This document shows, in pieces, positions 10,186-21,433 of a DNA stretch of 64,000 bases. The stretch covers positions 620,001 to 684,000 of the forward strand of contig OZ037835.1 in NCBI GenBank assembly GCA_964035575.1, written 5' to 3'. Each line of letters starts with the position of its first letter. Position 1 is the stretch's first letter. Source of the stretch: Rhynchopus sp. YZ270_cl-10. Lineage: Eukaryota. Under the pieces are notes generated by a model that searched no databases, was not told the DNA's origin, and saw nothing but the letters and a program-made list of their open reading frames with translations. A program made the translations under genes and the position numbers.

Positions 10186-12684
10186 TTAGCAGTGGATGGG
10201 CACTGTGTCACCGGAAGCAGTGTTCAGGACACGCATGAGTGTTGCGTCGGCACCACACTGCGCTGTGATCTCTTTTTCCTCACCTGCGACGAACGCGGCC
10301 CAGTAGTCGGGACTCCAGCCCCACATTGCCTCTTCGTCTTCGTCGAAGTCGCGGTTGTCTACACAGACCTGGTGCACCGTCACAGAGGTGGTTCCTCGCA
10401 GGCGGCTCACGTCGCACTTTAGCACCGGTCGTATCACCGTCGAGTATGGGACGTCCGCCTGCAGTGAGCAGTACAGCGCAAACACATTCCGGCTCACGCT
10501 CTGGCGGAGGAGGTGTCCTGCCACACCCAGGCACGCGCCGATGCTTGTCATGAAGCGCTTCCCGGCTGTGCCCAGTGTGGCCGCGTACACCGTGCCTGTG
10601 CACAGCCCAACTAACACAGGGCTGTCCGTGTAAGCCCACATAGTCGATTTGTGAAGCAGCTTGCAGAAAACAAAGGAAGCCTGTGTGTGGTTCATGCTGC
10701 GACGCGAAATGTTCCAGCCCGCAACCACGTGAGACCCGAAGAGTGCTGTGACAGAGCCTTCCGTCCGTTCGAGCGAGCTGATCACCTTCCCCAGCTTCTC
10801 GTTTGCGCTGCCGATGGGGTCTGCTGACGTCTCACTGAAGCGCAGTTCGATGCGTGCGACTGTTGCTAGCTTTCCCTCGCAGTCTTGGTGTTGTGTGTGT
10901 TTGCGCTCCCTGATGGACGTGCGCACAGAGCCCGCGGAACACACTGACTGCTTTGGGGCATAGACAGCTTCAGAAGGACGCCGCAGTGCTTCCGTGACAG
11001 CCTTCTCACGCCACGGCATCGATGCGGGAATGACACACACCAAAGACACCTTCTGGCCCACACCCTTCAGCTCAATGTCTCCCATCGCAACGCTGAGCCC
11101 GCTGTCGCCGCACGCCGTCTTCCACTCGTCGTAGACTGCCTGTGGTGCTGCCACCGACCCAGCAACACAACGTGACTCAATGCGTGCTGCAACGTTCACC
11201 GTGGGGCCGAAGTAGTCTGCTCGCCCTGTGATGCCGTTGAACTCCACACGCACGTCGCCTGCATTCACACCGATGCGCAGCTGCATGCCGACCTTGCTCT
11301 CCTTCTCTGTCTTCGGTTGGGTGAAGTCCACCAACTCCTGCGGCCACGTGACCCCGTACATCCGCTCCTGCACAAGCACGCCAAAGCTGACTCCCTCCTG
11401 TGACGTGTCGAAGGACACCATGAAGGCATCCCCGATCGTCTTCACCTCGTACCCGTTCAGTTCAGCAATGCAGTCGCGGACGGCCTTGTTGTGCAGACGC
11501 ATGCCCTTCGCCATGCCCTCGGGACAGCCCTCCCACAGCTGCGTCGACGCCACAATGTCTGTGAACACGATGGCAGCACGGCCGTACACTGCACCGGGTG
11601 CGTCTGTGCGTGTCAGTGCGACCTGGTACGCATCCTCCTCAAGCACCTCCTCGCTGTCTTCCTTGAGCGACGCGAGGAAGGCTTCTGGGATGAACTGCTT
11701 GATGTCCCGCAGCAGGCCGATGATGCGCGCAAGCGACACCTGCACACGCGACCTTGGCTCGCGCTCCAGGTGCTCGAGGTTGTCCAGATCCATCACGGCG
11801 ATTGCGTCCATTGCCTCCTCCGCGTCTGCACGCACCTTCTCCATGTCTGCCACCAACCCTGACATGTAGTCCGTTACAAACATCCCGATCCACTTATCAA
11901 CAACACACAGCGTCAGACAGGTACGGTAATGCTGGTGCTCATTGAAGATGAAGGATCCTATGTTCATTGTGCTGAAGGCAGCAAACAGGAGGCACGCGAC
12001 CACGGCACCTGCAGGACTCACCCCGACGCACACACGCAGCGATGCGACACCACGCCTCAACTTCCACGTCTCCCAGAAGAAGCATGCGCACAGCACCAAC
12101 GAGAACACAGTGTTGTACCCCACAATGGAGATGCTGGCCATGGGCTTCACCTGCAGGAAGCACGTATTCGTTGCACTGATGTGCGCATCGACGTTGAACA
12201 ACAGGATCAACCCTACCACCAGGTACGGCACCATGAAGCCCATCATCAGCAACCAATGGCGGTCCTTCCACCTGGAGAGCGGGGCGTCACGCGAGGCGTC
12301 ACGCAGAATACGAAGCCGCTCCACCAACAGCGTCACCAGGGCAACCTTCCCACCTGCGTAGAAGACAGAGCAGGAGTACACTGCAAGGTGGCAGAGCCCC
12401 AGGTACGGCTTGTCCAGCGCAATAGCCGTCGAGGTGACCAGTACAAAGCAGAAAACAGCCAGGTACACCACCCACACCAGCACGCCCATATACGTTGTGC
12501 GGTCGCCGCTCGTCCCGGCAGCACGCTCGCCCATGAGGTACGCTGTCGTAGCCATCATCATCAGGTGCACCGTCTGCACAGCAGCGTCGGTCTCGCCACC
12601 TCGGTACAGCGACATCCCGATCGCAGAAAAGACAAGAGTCATCAGCGCACGGCGGAAGTACGCGTAGAACACAGCCGACGGCAT
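10186..12684 (-). CDS. 7TM GPCR-like receptor fused to a class III adenylate cyclase plus a degenerate second cyclase domain (832 aa)
   Basis: 7-8 hydrophobic segments in aa 1-275. Cyclase motifs AIVFTDIVASTQLWE, YEVKTIGDAFMV, LRIGVNAG and DYFGPTVNVAARIES keep both metal Asp, the ATP-specifying K/D and the N/R residues. The C-terminal cyclase-like repeat lacks them. Confidence 0.92.
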   Translation of the reverse strand: MPSAVFYAYFRRALMTLVFSAIGMSLYRGGETDAAVQTVHLMMMATTAYLMGERAAGTSGDRTTYMGVLVWVVYLAVFCFVLVTSTAIALDKPYLGLCHLAVYSCSVFYAGGKVALVTLLVERLRILRDASRDAPLSRWKDRHWLLMMGFMVPYLVVGLILLFNVDAHISATNTCFLQVKPMASISIVGYNTVFSLVLCACFFWETWKLRRGVASLRVCVGVSPAGAVVACLLFAAFSTMNIGSFIFNEHQHYRTCLTLCVVDKWIGMFVTDYMSGLVADMEKVRADAEEAMDAIAVMDLDNLEHLEREPRSRVQVSLARIIGLLRDIKQFIPEAFLASLKEDSEEVLEEDAYQVALTRTDAPGAVYGRAAIVFTDIVASTQLWEGCPEGMAKGMRLHNKAVRDCIAELNGYEVKTIGDAFMVSFDTSQEGVSFGVLVQERMYGVTWPQELVDFTQPKTEKESKVGMQLRIGVNAGDVRVEFNGITGRADYFGPTVNVAARIESRCVAGSVAAPQAVYDEWKTACGDSGLSVAMGDIELKGVGQKVSLVCVIPASMPWREKAVTEALRRPSEAVYAPKQSVCSAGSVRTSIRERKHTQHQDCEGKLATVARIELRFSETSADPIGSANEKLGKVISSLERTEGSVTALFGSHVVAGWNISRRSMNHTQASFVFCKLLHKSTMWAYTDSPVLVGLCTGTVYAATLGTAGKRFMTSIGACLGVAGHLLRQSVSRNVFALYCSLQADVPYSTVIRPVLKCDVSRLRGTTSVTVHQVCVDNRDFDEDEEAMWGWSPDYWAAFVAGEEKEITAQCGADATLMRVLNTASGDTVPIHC

Positions 12685-12796
12685 GGTGTTGTGTATCGTA
12701 TAGTGGTGGGTGGGGTGGGATTAAATCTGTTGATTCTAAAAACGGAGGAGGAGGGGATTTTCGATAAATAAATATTTTTTTCGAATAGATAAAAGC

Positions 12797-13671
12797 CAGG
12801 CCTTTTGCTAACCATCATGCCATCATGCCACGTTTTTGGGCGTTTTTTATTTTTTTTTCCATCATGCCACCATCATGCCACGGGGGGTGGTTGGGCAGGG
12901 CTTTCGCTCTGCATCACCTGGGGATTTCCCCCCCCCCCCAGATGGCATGATGGCATGATGGCATGATGGCATGATGGCATGATGGCATGATGGCATGATG
13001 GCATGATGGCATGATGGCATGATGGCATGATGGCATGATGGCATGATGGCATGATGGCATGATGGCATGATGGCATGATGGCATGATGGCATGATGGCAT
13101 GATGGCATGATGGCATGATGGCATGATGGCATGATGGCATGATGGCATGATGGCATGATGGCATGATGGCACCTTAAAATTTTTCTGCTCGCTGCGCTCG
13201 CGGAGGTATACCTCAAAAAAAAATCCCGCTCGCTTCGCTCGCGCTGTACGCTATTTTCTTCCTGCCTACGGTGCCATTTTACAATGTCTAAGGGGATTCC
13301 CTTGCATTTTGCAGCCAAAAATGAAACTTGACCCAAGCTGCAAAAATTTGACCATTGTTATTTCAAAGTGACCCAACCGTTGCAACAGCCCCTGCTTCTG
13401 GAAGACGTATTGATTTTGTACGGTTAGTGTACGTAAGGCGCAAGACCAAGCACCGTTAATAAAGGAATAGATTCCGTTTTTTTTTTTTGTTATCTCGCAA
13501 AGCTGACCCTTCGCCTCTCACCCTGTGGCTGGCAGGGAGGCGCGCGCGAAGCGCGCGACGACCGCTTTCACCAGGTGGGAAAGCTCGGAATGTACTTTTT
13601 TTCCAGGAAATTATTTTTTTTTGACCATCATGCCATTCAGGGGGAAAATCCCAAAGTTTGCAAAAGGCCTG
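12797..13671. mobile_element. hAT-like non-autonomous element with an internal GATGGCAT array
   Basis: TIR CAGGCCTTTTGC/GCAAAAGGCCTG; GATAAAAGC duplicated at 12788-12796 and 13672-13680; subterminal CCATCATGCCA motifs at both ends. Confidence 0.85.
12941..13171. repeat. (GATGGCAT)n octamer array, about 29 copies
   Basis: Perfect tandem repeat read directly. Confidence 0.97.
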
Positions 13672-13699
13672 GATAAAAGCAATAAATTACTTTTTATTT

Positions 13700-13851
13700 C
13701 ACAGCGGACTAGTCAGGGGGACTACTAGTGGAACTACTAGTCGTAACAACTAGTGCTAAACTGGTAGTGTTACTGGTGTAACACTAGTTGTAAAACACTA
13801 GTCATTTGGACCAGTAGCACTACTAGTAGTCCTCCTGACTAGTCCGCCGTG
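13700..13851. mobile_element. 152-bp MITE with CAC...GTG ends and a 2-bp TSD (CMC-like)
   Basis: TT|CACAGCGGACTAGTCAGG...CCTGACTAGTCCGCCGTG|TT; many internal ACTAGT motifs; termini resemble those of 58041-61521. Confidence 0.8.
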
Positions 13852-14184
13852 TTAAAACAAAGGAGGGGGGGGGGAATCGCGAATGGAAAAATGGGGGAAG
13901 AGATTGAAATTGCTGAACGCTTTCCTCACCCTCCTAACCCAGATCACACCTTGGTGGCAGACCATGGGTTTCTATCTGAAAGTGCGGAAGGAGAAAGGAG
14001 GAGGGGGGTCACACAAAATAATAAAAACACCCCCGTTCGTCTTTTGTTTAGTTGGTACGCTACCTCTGTAAACCCTTAGCCTGAAGTACAGATATGAGGT
14101 GAGTGCACAATAAAGGAGGAGGGAGAAATAAAAAAGTCTCAGACGAGATTTGAATTTAATATTTCTCCAGCGAATGTGCACGTA

Positions 14185-15140
14185 CAGTCCCGCCTATAAT
14201 TAATAGCGTTTTATTTTATAAAATCCTAATTAGTGACGTTCTAATTTATAAAGTCGTGAATTAATTTATTTTTCGGGGGGGAATACTAAGTTATCGAATT
14301 TATTTTCCCCGGCGGAGCCGAAAAATTTTTTTTTGCCTGCACAAGTGACGACGGGTTTGTGCGGGTTCTGTTGGAGGAATATGTGGAAAAGGAGGTGTGT
14401 AATCAGTGATACACGGAGGTAAAAAACGGTGCGGTCGGTGGTGGCTGTGCGGACGCGCATGCCGTTCACCTCCATGGTCTATTTCGCCCACGAGATGAAA
14501 AGACCTGGCACCAGGAGTCGGTTACACCGAGGCGTGTCCCGCCTCGTCTTCACCACCATCCCCCTCGCAAGCGACGCAAATCGGTTGGCTGTTGAACTTG
14601 CGGGTCATCCCCGTAAGGTTGAGAAACCTCTTCAGCTCCTCGGGGTTCAAAAGAGCCTTGGGTGAAGTACGAACCGCTCTCTTTTTGTGGGTTTTGTACT
14701 TGGAGATGGTGGGAACAGAAATATGGCGTCCTGGGTGAGCGTCATTCCACCACGCCATCACATCAGCGTGCGGTCTGTCATCAGTGCCTGCGTCCGCCGA
14801 TGAACGGTGAGGCTGGCACTTTCAACTTCTCTGTCATCCGCCATGGCGTTGTCTGTGATGGTGACAATCTCCGGGGCGGTGAGGACAGCCTGCTCGACGA
14901 TGGTCACATCTTCGGCATATTTCTTCATTTTTTCCGTTCATTCCGTGGTGGAGACAGACATGATGGTCGGAGAGAAAGATGCAGATAGTCTTGTAGAGAT
15001 TCAGACTGGGATTTGGGTGGACAAGCTGTAATTTATAAAATCTTAATTAGTGACGTTCTAATTTATAAAGTCGCTAATTAAATATTTTCAGATTTGGTCG
15101 AATTTATAAATTAGAAATTCACTAATTAGAGGCGGGACTG
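14185..15140 (-). mobile_element. Tc1/pogo-like element with a decayed internal ORF
   Basis: TA|CAGTCCCGCCT(A/C)TAATTA...TAATTAGAGGCGGGACTG|TA; repeated TAATTAGTGACGTTCTAATTTATAAAGTCG; minus-strand remnant VMAWWNDAHPGRHISVPTISKYK weakly resembles a CENP-B/pogo N-terminal HTH. Confidence 0.75.
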
Positions 15141-15257
15141 TAAGTGCAAAATCGTGATAAGATGAAAACGGAACAAAATTGAGCACCGCGCTCCGACTTT
15201 TCCTTTTTTGTGTTTCCCCACCCCCGCAAAACAATAAAGACCATGAAATATTGCCTC

Positions 15258-15924
15258 CAGCGTAGTCCCTGAGATTTCCAAAAAAATAAAAAAGCTAGTG
15301 CCATGCACTACCACTTTTTTGCAAATAAAAAAAATAATAAAAACCCTAGGTTCAAAACTCGGTCGAGCCCGGCCCAGCTCAAATTCGGGGCCCCGGCGGA
15401 ATGTGAGAATCCCTCGGGTATCCAACTGCGGAGTTCAACTTCATTGATATTTGCACCAGACACGAATTATCAGTAACCTCAGTACATGTACAAAAAGAAA
15501 CGGTGGTCATAGCATCAAGGTTCCTGGCGAAGCCAGGGTACTTGCGTAATAATTCAAAAAACTGCGCTTAAAATTGTACATTTTTACAGCCATACGATGT
15601 CATGGGAAGGTGGGTTGCAAATTTGCGCCGCAGGCGCACGGTACGCTACTTTTATTATTTCGCCATGCTGCATGTTTCCTTTTCCTTCGGCGTTTGATCA
15701 ATTGAGTCGCGCTTTGGCTGTGACGGGGTCACTTTGTTCATGAGGCCAGTTCTGGTCACTCTCAGAGGCTTATGTCTCTGCGTGTCTGGCAAGTGTAAAC
15801 TTTCTGAAAAAAGAAAAAAAAAAGTGCTAGTGCCAGTGGTAGTGCCCGGCACTAGCAAGAAAATTTTCAAAATTAAATAGGTAGTGCCGATGCACTAGCA
15901 GTTTGGTCAAGCTAGACTACACTG
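15258..15924. mobile_element. hAT-like MITE
   Basis: TIR CAG(C/T)GTAGTC; 8-bp TSD ATTGCCTC at 15250-15257 and 15925-15932; subterminal TAGTGCC motifs. Confidence 0.85.
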
Positions 15925-15953
15925 ATTGCCTCTGTCATATCAAATGACAATTA

Positions 15954-17839
15954 GGGTACTCTCACTTTTTCTTTTGTTTCTTGTCCCCGCCCGCTCGGAT
16001 TTTTCAGGGAGGAAAAAAAAAAAAAGTGCAGGGTTTCCGCCAAGGGGGACCGGGGGGGACCATGGTCCCCCCCAATATTTTTCCCAGAAAAATCCGGATT
16101 TTTACAGGGGTTTGGGGGGGACCATGGACCCCCCCAAGAAAAATGGGGTTTTGGAGGTTGTAGATGACCCCCCGTGGTCATGCGACCCCACCGTGCCGAG
16201 CATTTGGCTCGCTGTGTCAAAAGAAGTGGAAGAAAAGGGGGGTGGTGCAATCTTTTTAAAAAAGGGTAAAAGTAGCGTACCGTGCGCCTGCGGCGCTGTG
16301 TTGCTAGCTATGTGATATTGATATACTTCCATCGATACTTCCGTGCATTGCCCCTTTTTCTAAGGAGGCTTCGGTGCAAGCGACGGGTAGTTATTACATG
16401 TTCCCACTGCAGCACTGTAATGACTGTAGCACCATACAATAGAAAAAGCAAACACCATCACCCTCCACTCTCACAAGACCCCTTACCTTGTTAAGCTTCC
16501 ACCCCCGACCTCCGAACGAACCACCTCTACCAGACACACAGCTGTGAAGCTTGACATGGCTGCTATCAAACCTGGTGCACCCTTCGCCTCTCCACTCTGT
16601 GGTCTGCAGGGAGGCGCGCGCGGAAGCGCGCGACGACCGCTTTTGCGGGGAGAAAAAATTTTTTTTGGGGGGTCTTTTTGATGGTCCCCCCCAATTCCTG
16701 AAACCCCAAATCCTGGCGGAAACCCTGTAAGTGGGCAAAAAAAAAAAAGTGTACAGGGTTTCCACCAAGGTGGACCGGGGTGGGACCATGTCCACCCCAT
16801 TATTTTTTCCAGAAAACTCCGGATTTTCACAGGGTTCTACATGGTGACCCCCGAGAAAAATGGGGTTTGGAGGTTGATGACCCCCCGTGGTCATGCGACC
16901 AGAGCATTTGGCACGTTGTAGCTGGGCAAGTAGTGGAGTTCATCCTCGGGTGTCTACACTAATACAACCAAGTTTTCAAAAAAGGAAAAAGTAGCGTACC
17001 GTGCGCCTGCGGCGCTGTGTTGCTGACTACTGCAACATCCCCACAAGGTAGAGAACTGCACGCTCCAATCTGAGCCCCACGGCGGAGAGCAATCGGCTCG
17101 TGCAATCAAAAGAAAATGGCACGAGTAAAAAAAGTTGGTAAAGTGCGCCTGCGGCGCTGCCTTTTTTCTATCAGTTCTACAGGCGAACACTCGGCTCCCC
17201 TTTACCTTACACTGACGGGTTTTGACCAAAACCAAAAACTTGTCCATTTTGGAAAATTGACCCCACCACACAACGGACGGATTCCGGAAATGCAAATGCC
17301 GGTGTTTTCGGGCACTTTCGTATTTTGACGCCGAGGATCAGGGAGAGAAAATCTGGATTTGGGATTTCCCTACATGGATTTTGACCAAAACCAAGAATTT
17401 GGCCATTTCGGTAAAGTGACCCCACCCTGGCCACCACAGCGCGGACGGGTTCCGGAAATGCCACCCGTGGTACGTGAACACCCACTTTTTTCAGGGGAAA
17501 AAATTGCTTCCAAATGTCGGAATTTTCCGAATTTTCCGGAAAATTTCCAGAATTAGACTGAAAATGACCCTTGTTTACGAGTATGGGTTCATATTTTGCA
17601 AAAATTTAAGTCACTGAAATTTTGTCCATTTTTCCGAATATCCCCCACCACAAGCCGGGATTGGCTCGGAACTGCAACAAAACGCCCTCTTGGGCGGAAA
17701 AATACCGCACAGGTTTTTTTTCCCCCTTCACTTTTTTCCTCCACTTTTTTTTTTTTGCTTCACTTTTTTTTTCCCGCCCGCCCGCTCGGATTTTTAGGAA
17801 ACCCAAGGACAAGAAACAAAAGAAAAAGTGTGAGTACCC
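15954..17839. mobile_element. PIF/Harbinger-like non-autonomous element
   Basis: TTA|GGGTACTC(T/A)CACTTTTTCTTTTGTTTCTTGTCC TIR of about 33 bp ...AGTACCC|TTA; 3-bp TTA TSD. Confidence 0.85.
16029..16727. mobile_element. hAT-like MITE nested in 15954-17839, followed by a diverged partial copy at about 16754-17025
   Basis: TIR CAGGGTTTCCGCCA/TGGCGGAAACCCTG; TSD not clean. Confidence 0.7.
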
Positions 17840-20099
17840 TTACCCAGAAAAAACACGGGTCAGGAAAGATCTTTTGTCTTTTTTCGAGAATCTCGGGAGA
17901 AAAAAAAAAAAATCAAGATTTTCAGGATTTTTGTCTTTTTTTTTTCAGGATCTCTCGAGATCTTTGAGATCTTTGAAAAATCCTGAAAAATCTTAACGTA
18001 CACTCTCTGTTGATTCTAAAACGGGGGAGGGTAAAAAAGCGCGAAAGGTAAATTGGGGAAGAGGTTGAAAAGTTGGAACGCTTCCTCACCCCAGATCACA
18101 CTACAATACAAAGGTTTGGGTTTGAATAGGGTGGGTTCTTCTGACGATGAAACCTACTCCTTTCTAAACTTCTTCTTCTTTCCTCTTTTTTTTTTTTTTT
18201 TTTTTTTGAATAAATAAATAAAACTCCTCTCGAATTTGTTCAAGATGGAACTGAGAGAAAGAAGAAACCCCAAACCCTCCCAGACCAAACGGTCTAACCT
18301 GTTGTATTGACATAGTGTGGGGGAGAATGAGGAGCACAAGAATCGTCTTCGCGCATACTAAAAGATTTCCTACGATATGTCACAAGTGTCATGTCACCGA
18401 AAAATCTTAACGTACACTCTCTGTTGATTCTAAAACGGGGGAGGGTAAAAAAGCGCGAAAGGTAAATTGGGGAAGAGGTTGAAAAGTTGGAACGCTTCCT
18501 CACCCCAGATCACACCCAGGACCCTTGGGACCCTCAAGGGACGCTACGCGAAAAAACTCTCTGGCCCGAAATTGTTCTCTGCGGCCGCAATAAATAGAGT
18601 AACTGCGTAACTGTCTCCTTTCGATGTAAGGATTGACAAAAAATTGTAATGACCCGAAGTCGCACGTGCTTTGTCACTCTTCTTAGATATGTTTTTACAA
18701 TGCAGCAACTGCATAGGATCCCACAAGGGCATTGTTCAGATGATGTAATTTTACCCCTGACAGAAAATTTAGGCACCTACGTTGTAGTGTTCGTGTAAAG
18801 CGGGTGCGTGAGAGAGTGGTCGATGGTCGTAGTCTATGAGTCCGGGTGCGTCAATGGATCGAAGGCCCCTGAGGAGGAATGGCGTATGCGGGGAATGGGT
18901 ACTGGACCCCAAAAAACTTGCAGGGCCGTTGAAGATTGTTGAGATAATTTTTGTAGGATGAGGTCTTCATAAGACGCGGCTCGTCGGTGGATCTTAAAAC
19001 CCCCTCTCTTACCTATCGATTTGGCGAAGATCCCAAAACTAACTGGGTGGTGCTTAAAAACGGTCTGTGTGCAGGCCACGTCACCCATTTCAAGTCAGGC
19101 AAACTTCAAAGATAATTACGTGTAGTACGTGGCAATAGTGGGACGTCCAAGAAGTAGGCAATCATATGTGGATATGTGGAAGGGCCGCTACGTACTTGGT
19201 GAATAAGAACCAAAGAAGGGCGATGTTACCTTTAGTCTTTAAAATGAGACTAGCTTTAAATAGCACGCACCATGTATTCCCTGTAAACAAGTGTGTTCTG
19301 TCACCAGTTGCCTCTCTTGGAAGACTACAGTCCAGGTTGCCTCTATTTAGCTATGGTTAAGAAGCTTGCCTAGTTCTGCAAACGGCGTCGAGTAGTCGCT
19401 GTTGTGCGTCGGGTGCGCTTCCTCGGGAGCGGTTCGTCTACTATTTCGATGTTCCTGCGCGGTGGAGCAGAGGGCTCTCTCTCTCGTCTTCTTGTTGCTT
19501 CCTGCTGACCTTGCTGTTGTACAGCGTCGGGGCACTCCGCGAACCGCCCCCAGCTTTGACATCTTCTTTAGACACTGTTGTCTTCCACCTCACCCTGCGT
19601 ATCAATCTTCAGGCCTTCAAACAATGGAAGTCTCTCTCGGAGGGCTTTCAATAATTGACTCTTCCTGAGGACTTCAGACAAAAGGTTGCCTCGTATCGAG
19701 GAAATTACGGCACTGTTCCGGTCAACAAAAAGTTTCCTCAGTTTGAATAGTGGCTTCTTATGGGGGACGTCAGTCAAATAATTACAGCATCGGCAGTAGG
19801 GTCACCACAAGTATGTACCCCGCATTTAACGTAACGTGCTTGTATCCTCCAGCCACGGGGAGGTCCTCGAAGGCGTCGGCCGTGGTCGCGTGCAGGTTGA
19901 CGCCTCTGGATATCACTGAAGTAGGTGGGCTCTTGTGGAGCCGTTGCTGTTGGTGTCGATGATGTGCACGGAGGCAGATAAGCGGCCCCCGCAACTGAGT
20001 GGGAAGGTGTAGTGCCTGGTAATTTCATGTTGCAGACACCGTCGGAGTGCTCACCCCCGTTTTCATGCATGTCTGTGTAGTAATGGTAGTATAGTTGTC

Positions 20100-20765
20100 T
20101 CCAAAAGGTGCTCTGTTGCAGAAGAGGCGGTTGTGCTTGTTCGGTGACTTGGGCAGACCCTGGCGGTCAGACACCTCGGTGATGGTCTCACGGAAACGAC
20201 GCAACGGGCTCGTTGATCTACCACTTGGCACAGCCAAGTAGTCTTCCCGAATATCCTTCAGGCAGATTTCCCGACTCCTCAATCGAGCACTGCAGAAGCG
20301 GGTCGGACTTCGACAGACGCTGCAGTCCCTCAACAAACTTGGGTAGGTCGGCATGGGATCCCTCCACAGCGACACGCACAACGGGCGACACACTGTACTT
20401 CAAGTCCTTCAGGGGGTAGCACTCAGCCTCCTTCTCGTCGGTGATGGTCGCCGTCTTCACCATGAAGTTCTCTACTCCTACAAGACCCACAACGTTACCA
20501 CAGGGCACGTCCTCAAAACGGCCTCCTGGTAACATCCCATCATGAGCAGGGTACGCTGGATGTTCTTCACAGCCACGTCCTTCTTGGTTCCTGTACTCGT
20601 AGTATGGTCTCATGATGCGTGCCTTCTGTACGGCCTTGATCTTACCAGAGAAGACCCGTCCGAAAAAACGACGAAACGCCCCTTGTCTACCGCAGGAAAC
20701 ATCTTCGAACGTACATGATCAGGGGTGCGGCGGGGTCGCAGTTCTTTAGTCCCTGGAAGTAGTTG
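20100..20765 (-). pseudogene. EEF2: Frameshifted fragment of translation elongation factor 2 (about domains II-III, into IV)
   Basis: Across frames: YFQGLKNCDPAAPLIMYV, KMFPAVDKGRF, GRVFSGKI, EDVPCGNVVGLVGV, KTATITD, KYSVSPVVRVAVE, DLPKFVEGLQRLSKSDPLLQCSIEESG, EICLKDIREDY, FRETITE, KSPNKHNRLFC. These match conserved eEF2 motifs; several frameshifts. Confidence 0.93.
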
Positions 20766-21433
20766 TTGTTTTTCGGCTTGAAACACCAGAGCCCTCCTCG
20801 GTCTCAAACACTCCGGTTTTCAGCTGGTCCGCACGGTAGAAGGTGCAGAAAATTTTTGACATTCGTACACCTCTTGGAACTTCGATGCACGTGGAATAGG
20901 TCCCAACAACCGCTTGCCATCATCGTTGAAGGAATGTTGAAGCACACTGTCTCGTGAAGTCGATGTTGTAGTTTGGGATGGGAAGAACGTAATTTCCTGT
21001 CGTCTCGTGTCGAAGAACCCTAACGATGGTGCCGAAAAAGATGATGCCGAGACATCTTTGTGTTGAATCCATCTGGGCAGTAAGGCCTGTTGATGCTTGT
21101 CACCGGTGGCCACGCAGGGCAGTCTAGAGGATGTCGCCTTGGAAGTCGAGGGCGGTACCTCCGCAGGCACCTGTTCACCCACAGGATCAGCTCTACGTTG
21201 TTGTTTGCGGGTGTCACGTTCTGTGTACTTGAGTGGGTTTGAGTGGTCAGAAGGGGTGGTTGGAAAAACGGGCGCTGGCTGTCCCCTCTAGGTACTGCGA
21301 GACAAGTGACGGCTCCTCTGGGTGCGGGTGATAGTGATGTACTGTGTCATTGTCGGAAATTTCGATCTGGATAGCACACTTAGGCATCTCCGCGTATCTG
21401 CTGGTCCTCTCGTAAAATGGCTGAAATGGCTGA

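Noticed and set aside
18516..20090. Possible RT/tyrosine recombinase remnants in the split-repeat element body
   Set aside because: No YxDD or R-HxxR-Y motifs recognisable in the short ORFs; needs an HMM search.
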